Of a stretch of DNA of 64,000 nucleotides, positions 1 to 12,282 are shown piece after piece; positions within the stretch are counted from its first letter, which is position 1, and every line of letters begins with the position of its first letter. Origin of the DNA: Eledone cirrhosa (taxonomy: Eukaryota); contig OZ024743.1 of assembly GCA_964016885.1 (NCBI GenBank), forward strand, positions 288,858,001-288,922,000. Reading direction: 5' to 3'. The position numbers and the translations under genes were made by a program. The notes beneath the pieces were generated by a model. It searched no databases and was not told the origin of the DNA. It worked only from the letters and a program-made list of their open reading frames with translations.

Positions 1-44
<44 letters not shown>

Positions 45-249
45 AGCAACATCACAACAATAACAACATCAACAACATAAGTGGCACAGGAAAGAATATG
101 AAAGAAAGAAAAGGAAGAAATAAATAAAAATAAAAGAAACATAATAGGAATGAAAAAAGAGAATGAAGATAGGTGTTCTAAATCCGACGAAGGCCTAAGA
201 AATCTAGAAACTAGTCAATCAATCCTTCTCAACGTGTGACTAAAATGGT

Positions 250-280
<31 letters not shown>

Positions 281-505
281 ATCGCCAAATTATTCCTGAG
301 AGGGAAGAGTCCTCAAACACTCCTTCCAGCGGGTCCTGACAGAAGCAACCTTCTCCAACTGATCCGGCTGGATCCCCAAGCACGACCAGCCAGGTTCCTG
401 AATGTTATCCTAACGTCATGCTCAGGGCCAACCGCTGGGTCTCCTGCCGGTTGGCTTTGCCCGCAAAAACTGTCCAGCGATTCTTTCCCCGAGACACATG
501 ACCAT
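250..505 (-). mobile_element. RTE-type LINE 3' end with (GAA)n tail
   Basis: The minus strand reads as degraded ...AKPTGRRPSGWP...LGIQPDQLEKVASVRTRWKECL..., resembling RTE C-termini (G.R..GRP...DR..W). It is followed by a (TTC)n/(GAA)n tail. Confidence 0.65.
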
Positions 506-1109
506 AGTATCGGAGTCAGTATAATAAAATACCATAAGATTACCAGTATTGATATATTTGACTATGCCTCTCCAGCTGGAAATATGTCGTCATGTGTCTG
601 TGCTAAAAGTCATTCAAAATATTTGTGTGCATAAACTTCGTATTACAGACACATACTTGCACACACAAAGACACAAACACTTGTATATATATATACATTA
701 TATTACAATGTGAACGCTTTTTGTAGGAAGATAAGCATAGAGAAACAACAAAACAATTTAATACCCGAAGGTATAAGTAAAAAAGAGTTCCACATGTGTT
801 CAAATTTAAATAGAAAAAAAAAAAAGAAATGAATTGCTAGCGCAGTAAATTATGATATGTTAATTCAGATTGAATTGAAAATGCAATATAACAATTGTGA
901 ATATACGTTTTTGTATTGAAAAACTTTTAAAAAGAATTTCAGTTATTCGGGAAAATGTATACACAGACACAGAAATATACATAATGGGTGTATGTATTGG
1001 TACTTGTATATATGCATGTGAATTTGTATACGTCCATGTGTATATAATATATATATAGATATTCTTTCTGTTTCTGAATAAATGTATTCTGAGTTTTTCG
1101 AATATGAAT

Positions 1110-1215
1110 AATTGTTTCTACCTTTGGCACAAGGCCAGCAATTATCCCAGTGTATTACTGGAGTTTTATTTTATCGACCCCGTAAGGATGAAGGCAAAGT
1201 TGACCTCGTTGGGAT
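1110..1215 (-). mobile_element. SINE 3' fragment (Meta/MESC-like domain)
   Basis: Reverse complement of ctttgccttcatccttacggg-tcgataaaataaa...ggccttgtgccaaaggtagaaacaatt, matching the other SINE copies in the window. Confidence 0.8.
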
Positions 1216-1995
1216 AATAATATTCGATTCGTTTGCAATTATGCAAACAACCTTTTTATATGCCAACATTGTGTTTATATGCCAACACAAGAGCAAAAAT
1301 ACGAGGTCATTCTACTGACATGGCTTAAAGAGGCTGTTTGCATAATTGCAATCAAATCGAAAATTATTATTAATATTCGAAAACCTCAGATTACATTTAT
1401 TGCATTGAGCAATGTAGAGCCATAACACTATTTGTTAGAATTTTGAATATGGCATAGCCGGCCATTAATCGATCGTATACATGAAACTGACTGCTCTATC
1501 TGCTGATATGCAAATGTGGATGATCAGTGTGTCGGCTAATATGCAGATCTGACTGATCATAAGTCACTATATATTTCAGAAATTATAATATATTTTCACT
1601 AGCTCTGACAGTACTGGGCAGTGTACAGTACTGATGAAGGGTAATTACACAGAAACATAAGTGTCTGCCATTCTGTTTATATGCCAACACAAGAGCAAGA
1701 ATGACGGTGTCATTCTACTGACATATCTTAAAGAGGGTGTTTGCATAATTGGAAACGAATCGAACATATCGGTAGAGAGTCGGACACCATGCTTTGAAGC
1801 ATAGAGTTACGTCCCTTTATGATCTGAGTTCAAATCTCGCCGAGGTTAACTTTGCCTTTGGGGTCGATAAAATAAAGTACCAGTAATGTACTGGGTAATT
1901 GCTGGCCTTGTGTCTAAAATAGAAACAATTATTAATATTCGAAACACTCAGATTACATTTACTTTATTGAGTGATCGATAACAATATTTGTTATA
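1213..1995 (+). mobile_element. Old ~400-bp unit PLE/retrozyme-like element: partial tandem plus inverted 5' piece, with a degenerate HHR
   Basis: 1272-1437 recurs at 1674-1995, interrupted by a SINE. 1213-1256 is inverted relative to 1326-1372. The motif ctgatga...gaaac ataagt gtc lies at about 1626-1670 and its stem I is weak. Confidence 0.55.
1766..1932 (+). mobile_element. tRNA-derived SINE nested in the ~400-bp element
   Basis: B box gagttcaaatc, then gtcgataaaataaagtaccag and ggccttgtg...agaaacaatt. Confidence 0.8.
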
Positions 1996-2227
1996 TATAT
2001 ATATATATAAATATATACATATATGTATGTGCGTATACATGCTTATATTTAAGTAACAGCCGTACTAAGAGTTGAGAAATGAAATTTCGTTTCATTTTTT
2101 CCATTTATCGTTTTCGGTGCGCCCGGCCGATTAACTCACTCGATATGCAAATTAGGCTGCTCAGCCGTTAATATGCATAAGGAAAGTATATACTTTCAGA
2201 CGTTCAATCATCTGGCAGGAAGGTATA

Positions 2228-2268
2228 CGGTGCTGACGATAGCTAATAAGCTTGAAACTAGTACATCG
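2228..2268 (+). ncRNA. Minimal type-I hammerhead ribozyme
   Basis: cggtg CTGACGA t-agct-aata-agct-t GAAAC ta GTA catcg. Stem I is cggtg/catcg, the core is canonical, stem III is palindromic (actagt) and the triplet is GUA. Confidence 0.8.
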
Positions 2269-2471
2269 TTCCTTTGTCAGTGTTGAACAAAAGGGCAACG
2301 ATGGTTGCTAAACACTGTACGGCTTAATTCGGGATGTTTGTTTACAAACAAACCGAGCATTATAATAAATGTTCGGTAAATCCATACGTACATATATATA
2401 TGTGTGCATGTATGTATATATATACATACTACTGTACGTCTATATACATATATGTATGTACGTATACATAC

Positions 2472-2540
<69 letters not shown>

Positions 2541-2543
2541 TAC

Positions 2544-2666
<123 letters not shown>

Positions 2667-2699
2667 CACACACACACACATATATATATATATAATATA

Positions 2700-2880
2700 A
2701 TATTTAATATAGAAATGGTTACTACAGGACTAGAACTGTTTAATTCGAAGGAAACCACAAGGGCTTTCCTGGTGATTTCTTTCGAATGAAACAGTTCTAT
2801 TCCTGTATTAAATATTGAATATACTCTACTACGTATTGAATACCTTATTTACTGTGGTTAAGCCCGGTTGGACTCCAGAT
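2700..2880 (+). mobile_element. PLE pLTR/tail remnant (family C) with fold-back and degenerate HHR
   Basis: Hairpin at 2723-2807 and ggctttc CTGGTGA tttc..gaat GAAAC ag..ct GTA. The tail gtattga-taccttatttactgtggtta is shared with 21268-21385 and 27010-27191. Confidence 0.65.
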
Positions 2881-2967
2881 ACACACACACATATATATGA
2901 ATATATATAAATATATACATATATATGTGTGTGTGTATGTATGTATATATATATATATATATATATA

Positions 2968-3010
<43 letters not shown>

Positions 3011-3020
3011 TTGGGTGTGC

Positions 3021-3058
<38 letters not shown>

Positions 3059-4289
3059 TCAAAGCACAACATCACTTCAACTTGTTATTATGCTTACTCT
3101 TCTTTACTGTATTTTGATGAAAAATATAACACGAAACGTCAGTTGCTGTCTTCTCCTTCAAATTAGAGTTAATATATCCACCATGCAAACATTTATTTTG
3201 AGATATTTTCTTTTTTCTTCTGATTTACCACTGTTACTTAACCTGGTTTTTAACGTTTATGTCTTAAATTGCACCCAAACACACTTTACGGTGATCTATA
3301 CATACTCACACCACACACATACATACACACACACATACACACAAACACACATAAACAGATATACACATATATAGATAGATACATAGATATAGATATAGAT
3401 ATGTGTACGTGGCTGAGTGTCTGTATATATTATATGTATAAATGTGTACGTATGTGGAGAATGTGTGTGTGCTACATCACACATGTAAATCCACTAAACT
3501 AGTTCACAACCTTTTTAGATATTATTTTTACATATTATTACCATATTAATACAATACGATATGTGTGTCTATATGTGTACACATGCTTCTATATGCACAC
3601 ACATCAGTGTACACTAATAGTGATGTGTGTGTCTGAGTGTGTGTGTGTATGTGTATGTGTGTGTGTGTATGTGTGTGGCTGTGTGTGTTTGTGGCTGTGT
3701 GGGCACACATGTACCCATACGTATGTGTGTGTGTATTTGTGTCTGTGTGTGCGTGGATGAGTATGTATACATGTGTGCAATTTAATAGATGCTGTCGTCA
3801 CCTCTAGGCGAATGGCTCTTGGGAATTGTGAATTATATTACTGATTGATATGTTATAGCTAATATAAGCTTCTATAATTTTATATGGTTTTTATTAAAAT
3901 ACTATATACATGAAATTAAATTTGATTGTAACTTTAATAAATATTATTACAATGATGATCCCTAATTTCACTCCTATAATGTATATATTCAAGTGAAAAT
4001 ACCCGTGTAGAATATTATAGTCAAATTAACAACTAATTAATTTATGCAGTTAAATAAGTCATATCTAGCTATCCATAATTTTTCACGTTTTTCCTAGAAT
4101 ATATAAAACTTGTTTACGTTTTTCAAATCTTTGGGTCAGGAGTCATGATAACATGCGGTCATAAAATAAATGTCTTTTTATATTATCTAGTGATTCTGAC
4201 GATTTCTTTAAAGAGGAATTAAATACTACCTCCTTTATTTGAATGAAACATATGTAAATAATTATATAATGTATTGACGTATTGAAAGG

Positions 4290-4452
4290 GTCGAACGCCA
4301 TCCTTTGACGCATAGAGTTACGGCCCTTGCCATTCTGAGTTCAAATCCCGCCGAGGTTAACTTTGCCTTTCATACTTACGGGATCGATAAAATAAAGTAC
4401 CAGTAATGCCCTCGATAGTTGCTAGCCTTGTGCCAAAAGTAGAAACAATTAT
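4290..4452 (+). mobile_element. tRNA-derived SINE
   Basis: gagttcaaatcccgccgaggttaactttgcctttcat...agaaacaatt. Confidence 0.8.
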
Positions 4453-4800
4453 TTATTTGTTCTTATATATATATGTGTGTGTGTTTGTGTGTTTGTGTGT
4501 ATTTTGTTTCCGTCTGTAAGGATATTTATCATAATTCATGAACAATTTTATGGCATTTGACTGCATTTACATTTAACTCTTGGTCCTGAGAATAATTCAT
4601 CTTTTATAAACTTTTACACAATATGTACTGCTTAAATCGTTTGAAATCATAAGCATATTCCTTATGGTTTCAAACGAATGAAACTGTTTCTGCCCAGATG
4701 TCATTTCTAAGTGAGAGTTCTATATGATATACCCTAGTTACTAATATATTGAGTGGCTTATTTAACAGATCCTCATCCACCCTTCTTCGGAAAACCATTC

Positions 4801-4840
<40 letters not shown>

Positions 4841-4845
<5 letters not shown>

Positions 4846-6575
4846 AATATAGACATAGAATATTCGAAAATATTCTGTATGTTTATAATAAACATTTTGA
4901 AGACCTAATCGCTATAGAATAGAATACGTCACGTATTACAATTAGATTCTCGATAAAAGCAAGGGAAGTAATCTACGCGTTTCATTCTTATTAGAAATCT
5001 TCAGGACTACATATCCAGTGCTTTTATCGAGAATGACACAGCTAGAGACTTATAGAATACTTAGCTGTGTACAGGAACTGGTTTGAAAGAGCGGTTGCCG
5101 GTCCGGCAGAAATTAGAAATTGGAATAAATGCTCTGAAATAGCGATATATATGTGAATATAGACATAGAATATTCGAAAATATTCTGTATGTTTATAATA
5201 AACATTTTGAAGACCTAATCGCTATAGAATAGAATACGTCACGTATTACAATTAGATTCTCGATAAAAGCAAGGGAAGTAATCTACGCGTTTCATTCTTA
5301 TTAGAAATCTTCAGGACTACATATCCAGTGCTTTTATCGAGAATGACACAGCTAGAGACTTATAGAATACTTAGCTGTGTACAGGAACTGGTTTGAAAGA
5401 GCGGTTGCCGGTCCGGCAGAAATTAGAAATTGGAATAAATGCTCTGAAATAGCGATATATATGTGAATATAGACATAGAATATTCGAAAATATTCTGTAT
5501 GTTTATAATAAACATTTTGAAGACCTAATCGCTATAGAATAGAATACGTCACGTATTACAATTAGATTCTCGATAAAAGCAAGGGAAGTAATCTACGCGT
5601 TTCATTCTTATTAGAAATCTTCAGGACTACATATCCAGTGCTTTTATCGAGAATGACACAGCTAGAGACTTATAGAATACTTAGCTGTGTACAGGAACTG
5701 GTTTGAAAGAGCGGTTGCCGGTCCGGCAGAAATTAGAAATTGGAATAAATGCTCTGAAATAGCGATATATATGTGAATATAGACATAGAATATTCGAAAA
5801 TATTCTGTATGTTTATAATAAACATTTTGAAGACCTAATCGCTATAGAATAGAATACGTCACGTATTACAATTAGATTCTCGATAAAAGCAAGGGAAGTA
5901 ATCTACGCGTTTCATTCTTATTAGAAATCTTCAGGACTACATATCCAGTGCTTTTATCGAGAATGACACAGCTAGAGACTTATAGAATACTTAGCTGTGT
6001 ACAGGAACTGGTTTGAAAGAGCGGTTGCCGGTCCGGCAGAAATTAGAAATTGGAATAAATGCTCTGAAATAGCGATATATATGTGAATATAGACATAGAA
6101 TATTCGAAAATATTCTGTATGTTTATAATAAACATTTTGAAGACCTAATCGCTATAGAATAGAATACGTCACGTATTACAATTAGATTCTCGATAAAAGC
6201 AAGGGAAGTAATCTACGCGTTTCATTCTTATTAGAAATCTTCAGGACTACATATCCAGTGCTTTTATCGAGAATGACACAGCTAGAGACTTATAGAATAC
6301 TTAGCTGTGTACAGGAACTGGTTTGAAAGAGCGGTTGCCGGTCCGGCAGAAATTAGAAATTGGAATAAATGCTCTGAAATAGCGATATATATGTGAATAT
6401 AGACATAGAATATTCGAAAATATTCTGTATGTTTATAATAAACATTTTGAAGACCTAATCGCTATAGAATAGAATACGTCACGTATTACAATTAGATTCT
6501 CGATAAAAGCAAGGGAAGTAATCTACGCGTTTCATTCTTATTAGAAATCTTCAGGACTACATATCCAGTGCTTTT
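4841..6575 (-). repeat. Left arm of the 310-bp tandem array (~5.6 units), one HHR per unit on the minus strand
   Basis: Units start at 4841, 5151, 5461, 5771, 6081 and 6391. I saw no differences between units. The arm is preceded by (TA)n. Confidence 0.97.
4968..5010 (-). ncRNA. Hammerhead ribozyme (first of 6 minus-strand copies: 4968, 5278, 5588, 5898, 6208, 6518)
   Basis: The reverse complement reads gtagtc CTGAAGA tttct aata agaat GAAAC gc GTA gattac. Confidence 0.9.
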
Positions 6576-8925
6576 CTAATAAGAATGAAACGCGTAGATT
6601 ACTTCCCTTGCTTTTATCGAGAATCTAATTGTAATACGTGACGTATTCTATTCTATAGCGATTAGGTCTTCAAAATGTTTATTATAAACATACAGAATAT
6701 TTTCGAATATTCTATGTCTATATTCACATATATATCGCTATTTCAGAGCATTTATTCCAATTTCTAATTTCTGCCGGACCGGCAACCGCTCTTTCAAACC
6801 AGTTCCTGTACACAGCTAAGTATTCTATAAGTCTCTAGCTGTGTCATTCTCGATAAAAGCACTGGATATGTAGTCCTGAAGATTTCTAATAAGAATGAAA
6901 CGCGTAGATTACTTCCCTTGCTTTTATCGAGAATCTAATTGTAATACGTGACGTATTCTATTCTATAGCGATTAGGTCTTCAAAATGTTTATTATAAACA
7001 TACAGAATATTTTCGAATATTCTATGTCTATATTCACATATATATCGCTATTTCAGAGCATTTATTCCAATTTCTAATTTCTGCCGGACCGGCAACCGCT
7101 CTTTCAAACCAGTTCCTGTACACAGCTAAGTATTCTATAAGTCTCTAGCTGTGTCATTCTCGATAAAAGCACTGGATATGTAGTCCTGAAGATTTCTAAT
7201 AAGAATGAAACGCGTAGATTACTTCCCTTGCTTTTATCGAGAATCTAATTGTAATACGTGACGTATTCTATTCTATAGCGATTAGGTCTTCAAAATGTTT
7301 ATTATAAACATACAGAATATTTTCGAATATTCTATGTCTATATTCACATATATATCGCTATTTCAGAGCATTTATTCCAATTTCTAATTTCTGCCGGACC
7401 GGCAACCGCTCTTTCAAACCAGTTCCTGTACACAGCTAAGTATTCTATAAGTCTCTAGCTGTGTCATTCTCGATAAAAGCACTGGATATGTAGTCCTGAA
7501 GATTTCTAATAAGAATGAAACGCGTAGATTACTTCCCTTGCTTTTATCGAGAATCTAATTGTAATACGTGACGTATTCTATTCTATAGCGATTAGGTCTT
7601 CAAAATGTTTATTATAAACATACAGAATATTTTCGAATATTCTATGTCTATATTCACATATATATCGCTATTTCAGAGCATTTATTCCAATTTCTAATTT
7701 CTGCCGGACCGGCAACCGCTCTTTCAAACCAGTTCCTGTACACAGCTAAGTATTCTATAAGTCTCTAGCTGTGTCATTCTCGATAAAAGCACTGGATATG
7801 TAGTCCTGAAGATTTCTAATAAGAATGAAACGCGTAGATTACTTCCCTTGCTTTTATCGAGAATCTAATTGTAATACGTGACGTATTCTATTCTATAGCG
7901 ATTAGGTCTTCAAAATGTTTATTATAAACATACAGAATATTTTCGAATATTCTATGTCTATATTCACATATATATCGCTATTTCAGAGCATTTATTCCAA
8001 TTTCTAATTTCTGCCGGACCGGCAACCGCTCTTTCAAACCAGTTCCTGTACACAGCTAAGTATTCTATAAGTCTCTAGCTGTGTCATTCTCGATAAAAGC
8101 ACTGGATATGTAGTCCTGAAGATTTCTAATAAGAATGAAACGCGTAGATTACTTCCCTTGCTTTTATCGAGAATCTAATTGTAATACGTGACGTATTCTA
8201 TTCTATAGCGATTAGGTCTTCAAAATGTTTATTATAAACATACAGAATATTTTCGAATATTCTATGTCTATATTCACATATATATCGCTATTTCAGAGCA
8301 TTTATTCCAATTTCTAATTTCTGCCGGACCGGCAACCGCTCTTTCAAACCAGTTCCTGTACACAGCTAAGTATTCTATAAGTCTCTAGCTGTGTCATTCT
8401 CGATAAAAGCACTGGATATGTAGTCCTGAAGATTTCTAATAAGAATGAAACGCGTAGATTACTTCCCTTGCTTTTATCGAGAATCTAATTGTAATACGTG
8501 ACGTATTCTATTCTATAGCGATTAGGTCTTCAAAATGTTTATTATAAACATACAGAATATTTTCGAATATTCTATGTCTATATTCACATATATATCGCTA
8601 TTTCAGAGCATTTATTCCAATTTCTAATTTCTGCCGGACCGGCAACCGCTCTTTCAAACCAGTTCCTGTACACAGCTAAGTATTCTATAAGTCTCTAGCT
8701 GTGTCATTCTCGATAAAAGCACTGGATATGTAGTCCTGAAGATTTCTAATAAGAATGAAACGCGTAGATTACTTCCCTTGCTTTTATCGAGAATCTAATT
8801 GTAATACGTGACGTATTCTATTCTATAGCGATTAGGTCTTCAAAATGTTTATTATAAACATACAGAATATTTTCGAATATTCTATGTCTATATTCACATA
8901 TATATCGCTATTTCAGAGCATTTAT

Positions 8926-8931
<6 letters not shown>
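6573..8931 (+). repeat. Right arm of the 310-bp tandem array (~7.6 units), reverse complement of the left arm
   Basis: After ...atatccagtgc-tttt the sequence switches to tttctaataagaatgaaacgcgtag, the reverse complement of the unit. The arm ends in (TA)n at 8931. Confidence 0.97.
6870..6912 (+). ncRNA. Hammerhead ribozyme (first of 7 plus-strand copies: 6870, 7180, 7490, 7800, 8110, 8420, 8730)
   Basis: gtagtc CTGAAGA tttct aata agaat GAAAC gc GTA gattac. Stem I extends through an internal loop into a perfect 16-bp helix, attctcgataaaagca/tgcttttatcgagaat. Stem III is the palindrome acgcgt. Predicted cleavage is after 6906. Confidence 0.9.
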
Positions 8932-8953
<22 letters not shown>

Positions 8954-8956
<3 letters not shown>

Positions 8957-9146
8957 GGAAAATGTTTAACCCCGACGGCAGAGCTCAAGCCGTTTCGACG
9001 GCTATTTCTGGACTAGAAATAGCCGTCGAAACGGCTTGAGCTCTGCCGTCAGGGTTAAACATTTTCCTATTACCCACTCTACTACGCTCAGTATTGAGTA
9101 CTCTGGCACGTTATGGTCCATTTGGTTCCTTACCACACCTCCTTCG

Positions 9147-9150
<4 letters not shown>
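8954..9150 (+). mobile_element. PLE pLTR/tail remnant (family B) with a 117-bp palindrome
   Basis: 8954-9070 is a near-perfect palindrome centred at 9012. It contains the HHR 3' half tagccgtc GAAAC ggc..gagctc..gcc GTC. The tail is shared with 42205-42347, 59615-59706 and 62925-63062. TA tracts flank both sides. Confidence 0.75.
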
Positions 9151-9197
<47 letters not shown>

Positions 9198-9299
9198 GGG
9201 AAGGTCATATTGTTATAATATTGCCAGAAATAATAACAGAACACACTCACTGTTTGGTTTGGGTTGGTTATATATATATATAAACAAGTCTCTCTATGG

Positions 9300-9555
9300 A
9301 TCTTTGCTTTGCATCTCTAATGTTGTGAATTCTCGAAGTCTGGCATTTACCATCATGTCACTCGCTTTGATGAACCCGCTAGAAGATTGTTATACTTGAC
9401 TCCGGATGGAAAGAGATGAGTTGACCGGCCATATATCACCTTTTTATCGCTCACCGAGATGGCCACAAGTCTCAAAGAAATGGATCTGCCTGCTGTAATA
9501 GCCAACCAATGATACTGGAGCTCGAACTTTGTCAATTCCTCACCACCGCCTCAAA
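9300..9555 (+). mobile_element. RTE-like LINE 3' fragment
   Basis: One frame reads HVTRFDEPARRLLYLTPDGKR*VDRPYITF...DLPAVIANQ*YW, resembling an RTE C-terminal pattern. Confidence 0.55.
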
Positions 9556-9669
9556 GCATGTGTGTGTGTGTATACATAATTGGGATTCGTCATTTCGCTA
9601 TCATTATAATAAAATACTAGTCATGTACGGATGTGGATTTAATGACCTAAACCTTCTCTAAAACGCAGG

Positions 9670-10490
9670 ACAACAAACTTTGTAGCATAGAATTACAGCT
9701 CTTTACGTTCTGAGTTCAAATCACACAGTGGTTAGCTTTACCTTTCATCCTTACGGGGTCTATAAAATAAAGTACCAGTAATGCACTGGGGTCAATTTCC
9801 CCTCCTTCTAAGTTCCTGGCCTTGTGCCTATACTAGAAAATATAATTATTATTGTGGATTGGCAGTATCGGTAGAGAGTCAGACACCATGCTTTGCAGCA
9901 GAGAGTTACGGTCCATTACGGTTTTAGTTCAAATCCCGCCGAGGTTAACTTTACCTTTCAAACTTACGGGGTCGATAAATAAAGTACCATTAATGCACTG
10001 AGGTCAATTTAATCGACTTCCCCCCTCCCGCCCCAATTACTGACCTTGTGCCTATACTAGAAATCATTATTATTATTATTATGAGCGGTGGATTGGCAGC
10101 TTCGGTAGAGGGTCGGACACCATGCTTTGACGCATAGTGTTACGGCCCTTGCCATTCTGAGTTCAAATCCTGCCGAGGTTAACTTTGCCTTTCATCCTTA
10201 CGGGGTCGATAAAATAAAGTAGCAGTAACGTACTGGGGTCGATTTATCGACTTCCTCTCCCCCCAAATTACTGGCCTTGTGCCTATACTATAAATCATTA
10301 TTACTGAATTGGCAGTATCGGTAGAGGGTCGGATATGCTTTCCAGCATAGTTACGTCCCATTACGATCTGAGTTCAAATCCCGCCGAGGTTAATTTTGCC
10401 TTTCATCCATACAGAGGTCGATAAAATAAAGTACCAGTAATGTACTGGGTATTTGCTGGCCTTGTGCCAAAAGTAAAAAGAAATTATTAT
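9670..10490 (+). mobile_element. Four head-to-tail tRNA-derived SINEs
   Basis: Copies at about 9670-9850, 9855-10075, 10085-10302 and 10307-10490. A box tggcagtatcgg, B box gagttcaaatc, and (TTA)n tails. Confidence 0.88.
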
Positions 10491-10747
10491 TATTAGTAGT
10501 AGTAGTCGTAGTAGTATTAGTAGTATAGTTAAATCAGCAGCCACATTTTTTTTCCTCCTGTTGTTGATTTTTTTTCTTTGTAGTGATCGTTGCGCTGCTA
10601 TCGAAGCGAAAATCTAAATAGGAAAAGGAAATTTGATGCTAAAAAAATTCCGACGGTGGACACAGAGCGCTAAATGAAAACATGCAATGGCTGACATGTC
10701 GGATTGTAACAATACATGGACGGAGGAAGATGATGTGCGCGTGTGTG

Positions 10748-10810
<63 letters not shown>

Positions 10811-11025
10811 TAGGTGTCAGTGATTGGGTGCTGGGAAAGGGGTCAGAGGGAGTGAAAGACTTGGGGTGAGAAAGCCGTCACTGGGAGAGAAGAGTGCGAA
10901 GACAGACGGAGTGGGAAAACAATATGTTCTACCGACATATCTATATATCTATCTACATATGTTCGTACGTAAGGGTATGTGTCTGTGTCAGAGAGAGTGT
11001 GTGCGCGTCTACTATCCTCGACTCA

Positions 11026-11163
<138 letters not shown>

Positions 11164-11261
11164 TGAAAGATAGATAGAGAAAGAGAGAAAGAGCAATAGA
11201 TTGATAAATACTTTGATAGATATAGATGTAACACCTCTCTCTATGTGTCCTCTCTGTCTCT

Positions 11262-11308
<47 letters not shown>

Positions 11309-11487
11309 TATATATGTGTGTGTGTGTGTGTGTTGCCTTTCTGAACTTGATTCTGTTGATAAAAAGACAGACACACCTACATGTAACTCCCACACATATT
11401 GAAAGAGTGTTGAAAAGTAATAAAGTGAGAATGGTTGAAGGCAAAGGAGAAATATACTCCTATACATTAACGTATATATGTATATAA

Positions 11488-11529
<42 letters not shown>

Positions 11530-12056
11530 TGTATATGTGTGTGATTGGTGTGTGTGTGTGAACACACTGAATATGTGACCCCTGTACTTGATTGATTCAA
11601 TAATTATCAAACCCTAAACGGTGAAACGGAAATGTGACATCGCCATAATTTGAACCTGGAACCTGGCAGACATTACCAATATCACAACCGTTCTATGAAA
11701 CTCACTAACGACTCTGTTTATTAGCGATATTTATACCGTTTCTCTGTCCTCTGTGTTCAAATTCTGCTTGGATCTACTTTAACATTCCCATTCTCTTGCT
11801 GGAGAATAAAACCTCCCATCCATCGAAGGTGATGCCTTGATATATCGTTTTTTGTCCTTCGGGTTCGTAGTTCAATTTAAACGTCTGTGATGCCCTCCCA
11901 TGAAGCACATGTAGCAAAGGAAGCACATGAAGCACATGTAACTCACACTGAGCCCAGTACTCATTTCTAAGTTTGGAATCAATCTCATATGACGAATGTT
12001 ACGTTAGTAAGCAGTCTACGCATCTATATCCGCCTTTCTCTCTCTCCCTCTCCTGC

Positions 12057-12247
<191 letters not shown>

Positions 12248-12282
12248 TATTTATATATATACAGTATATATATGTGTGTATT

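Noticed and set aside
181-222. HHR-like ccgacga...gaaactagtc
   Set aside because: The core is altered and stem I does not pair; at most a decayed relic.
4841-8931. CRISPR-like array or ordinary satellite
   Set aside because: There are no unique spacers and the units are identical along their whole length. The ribozyme motif and TA-flanked inverted layout explain it better.
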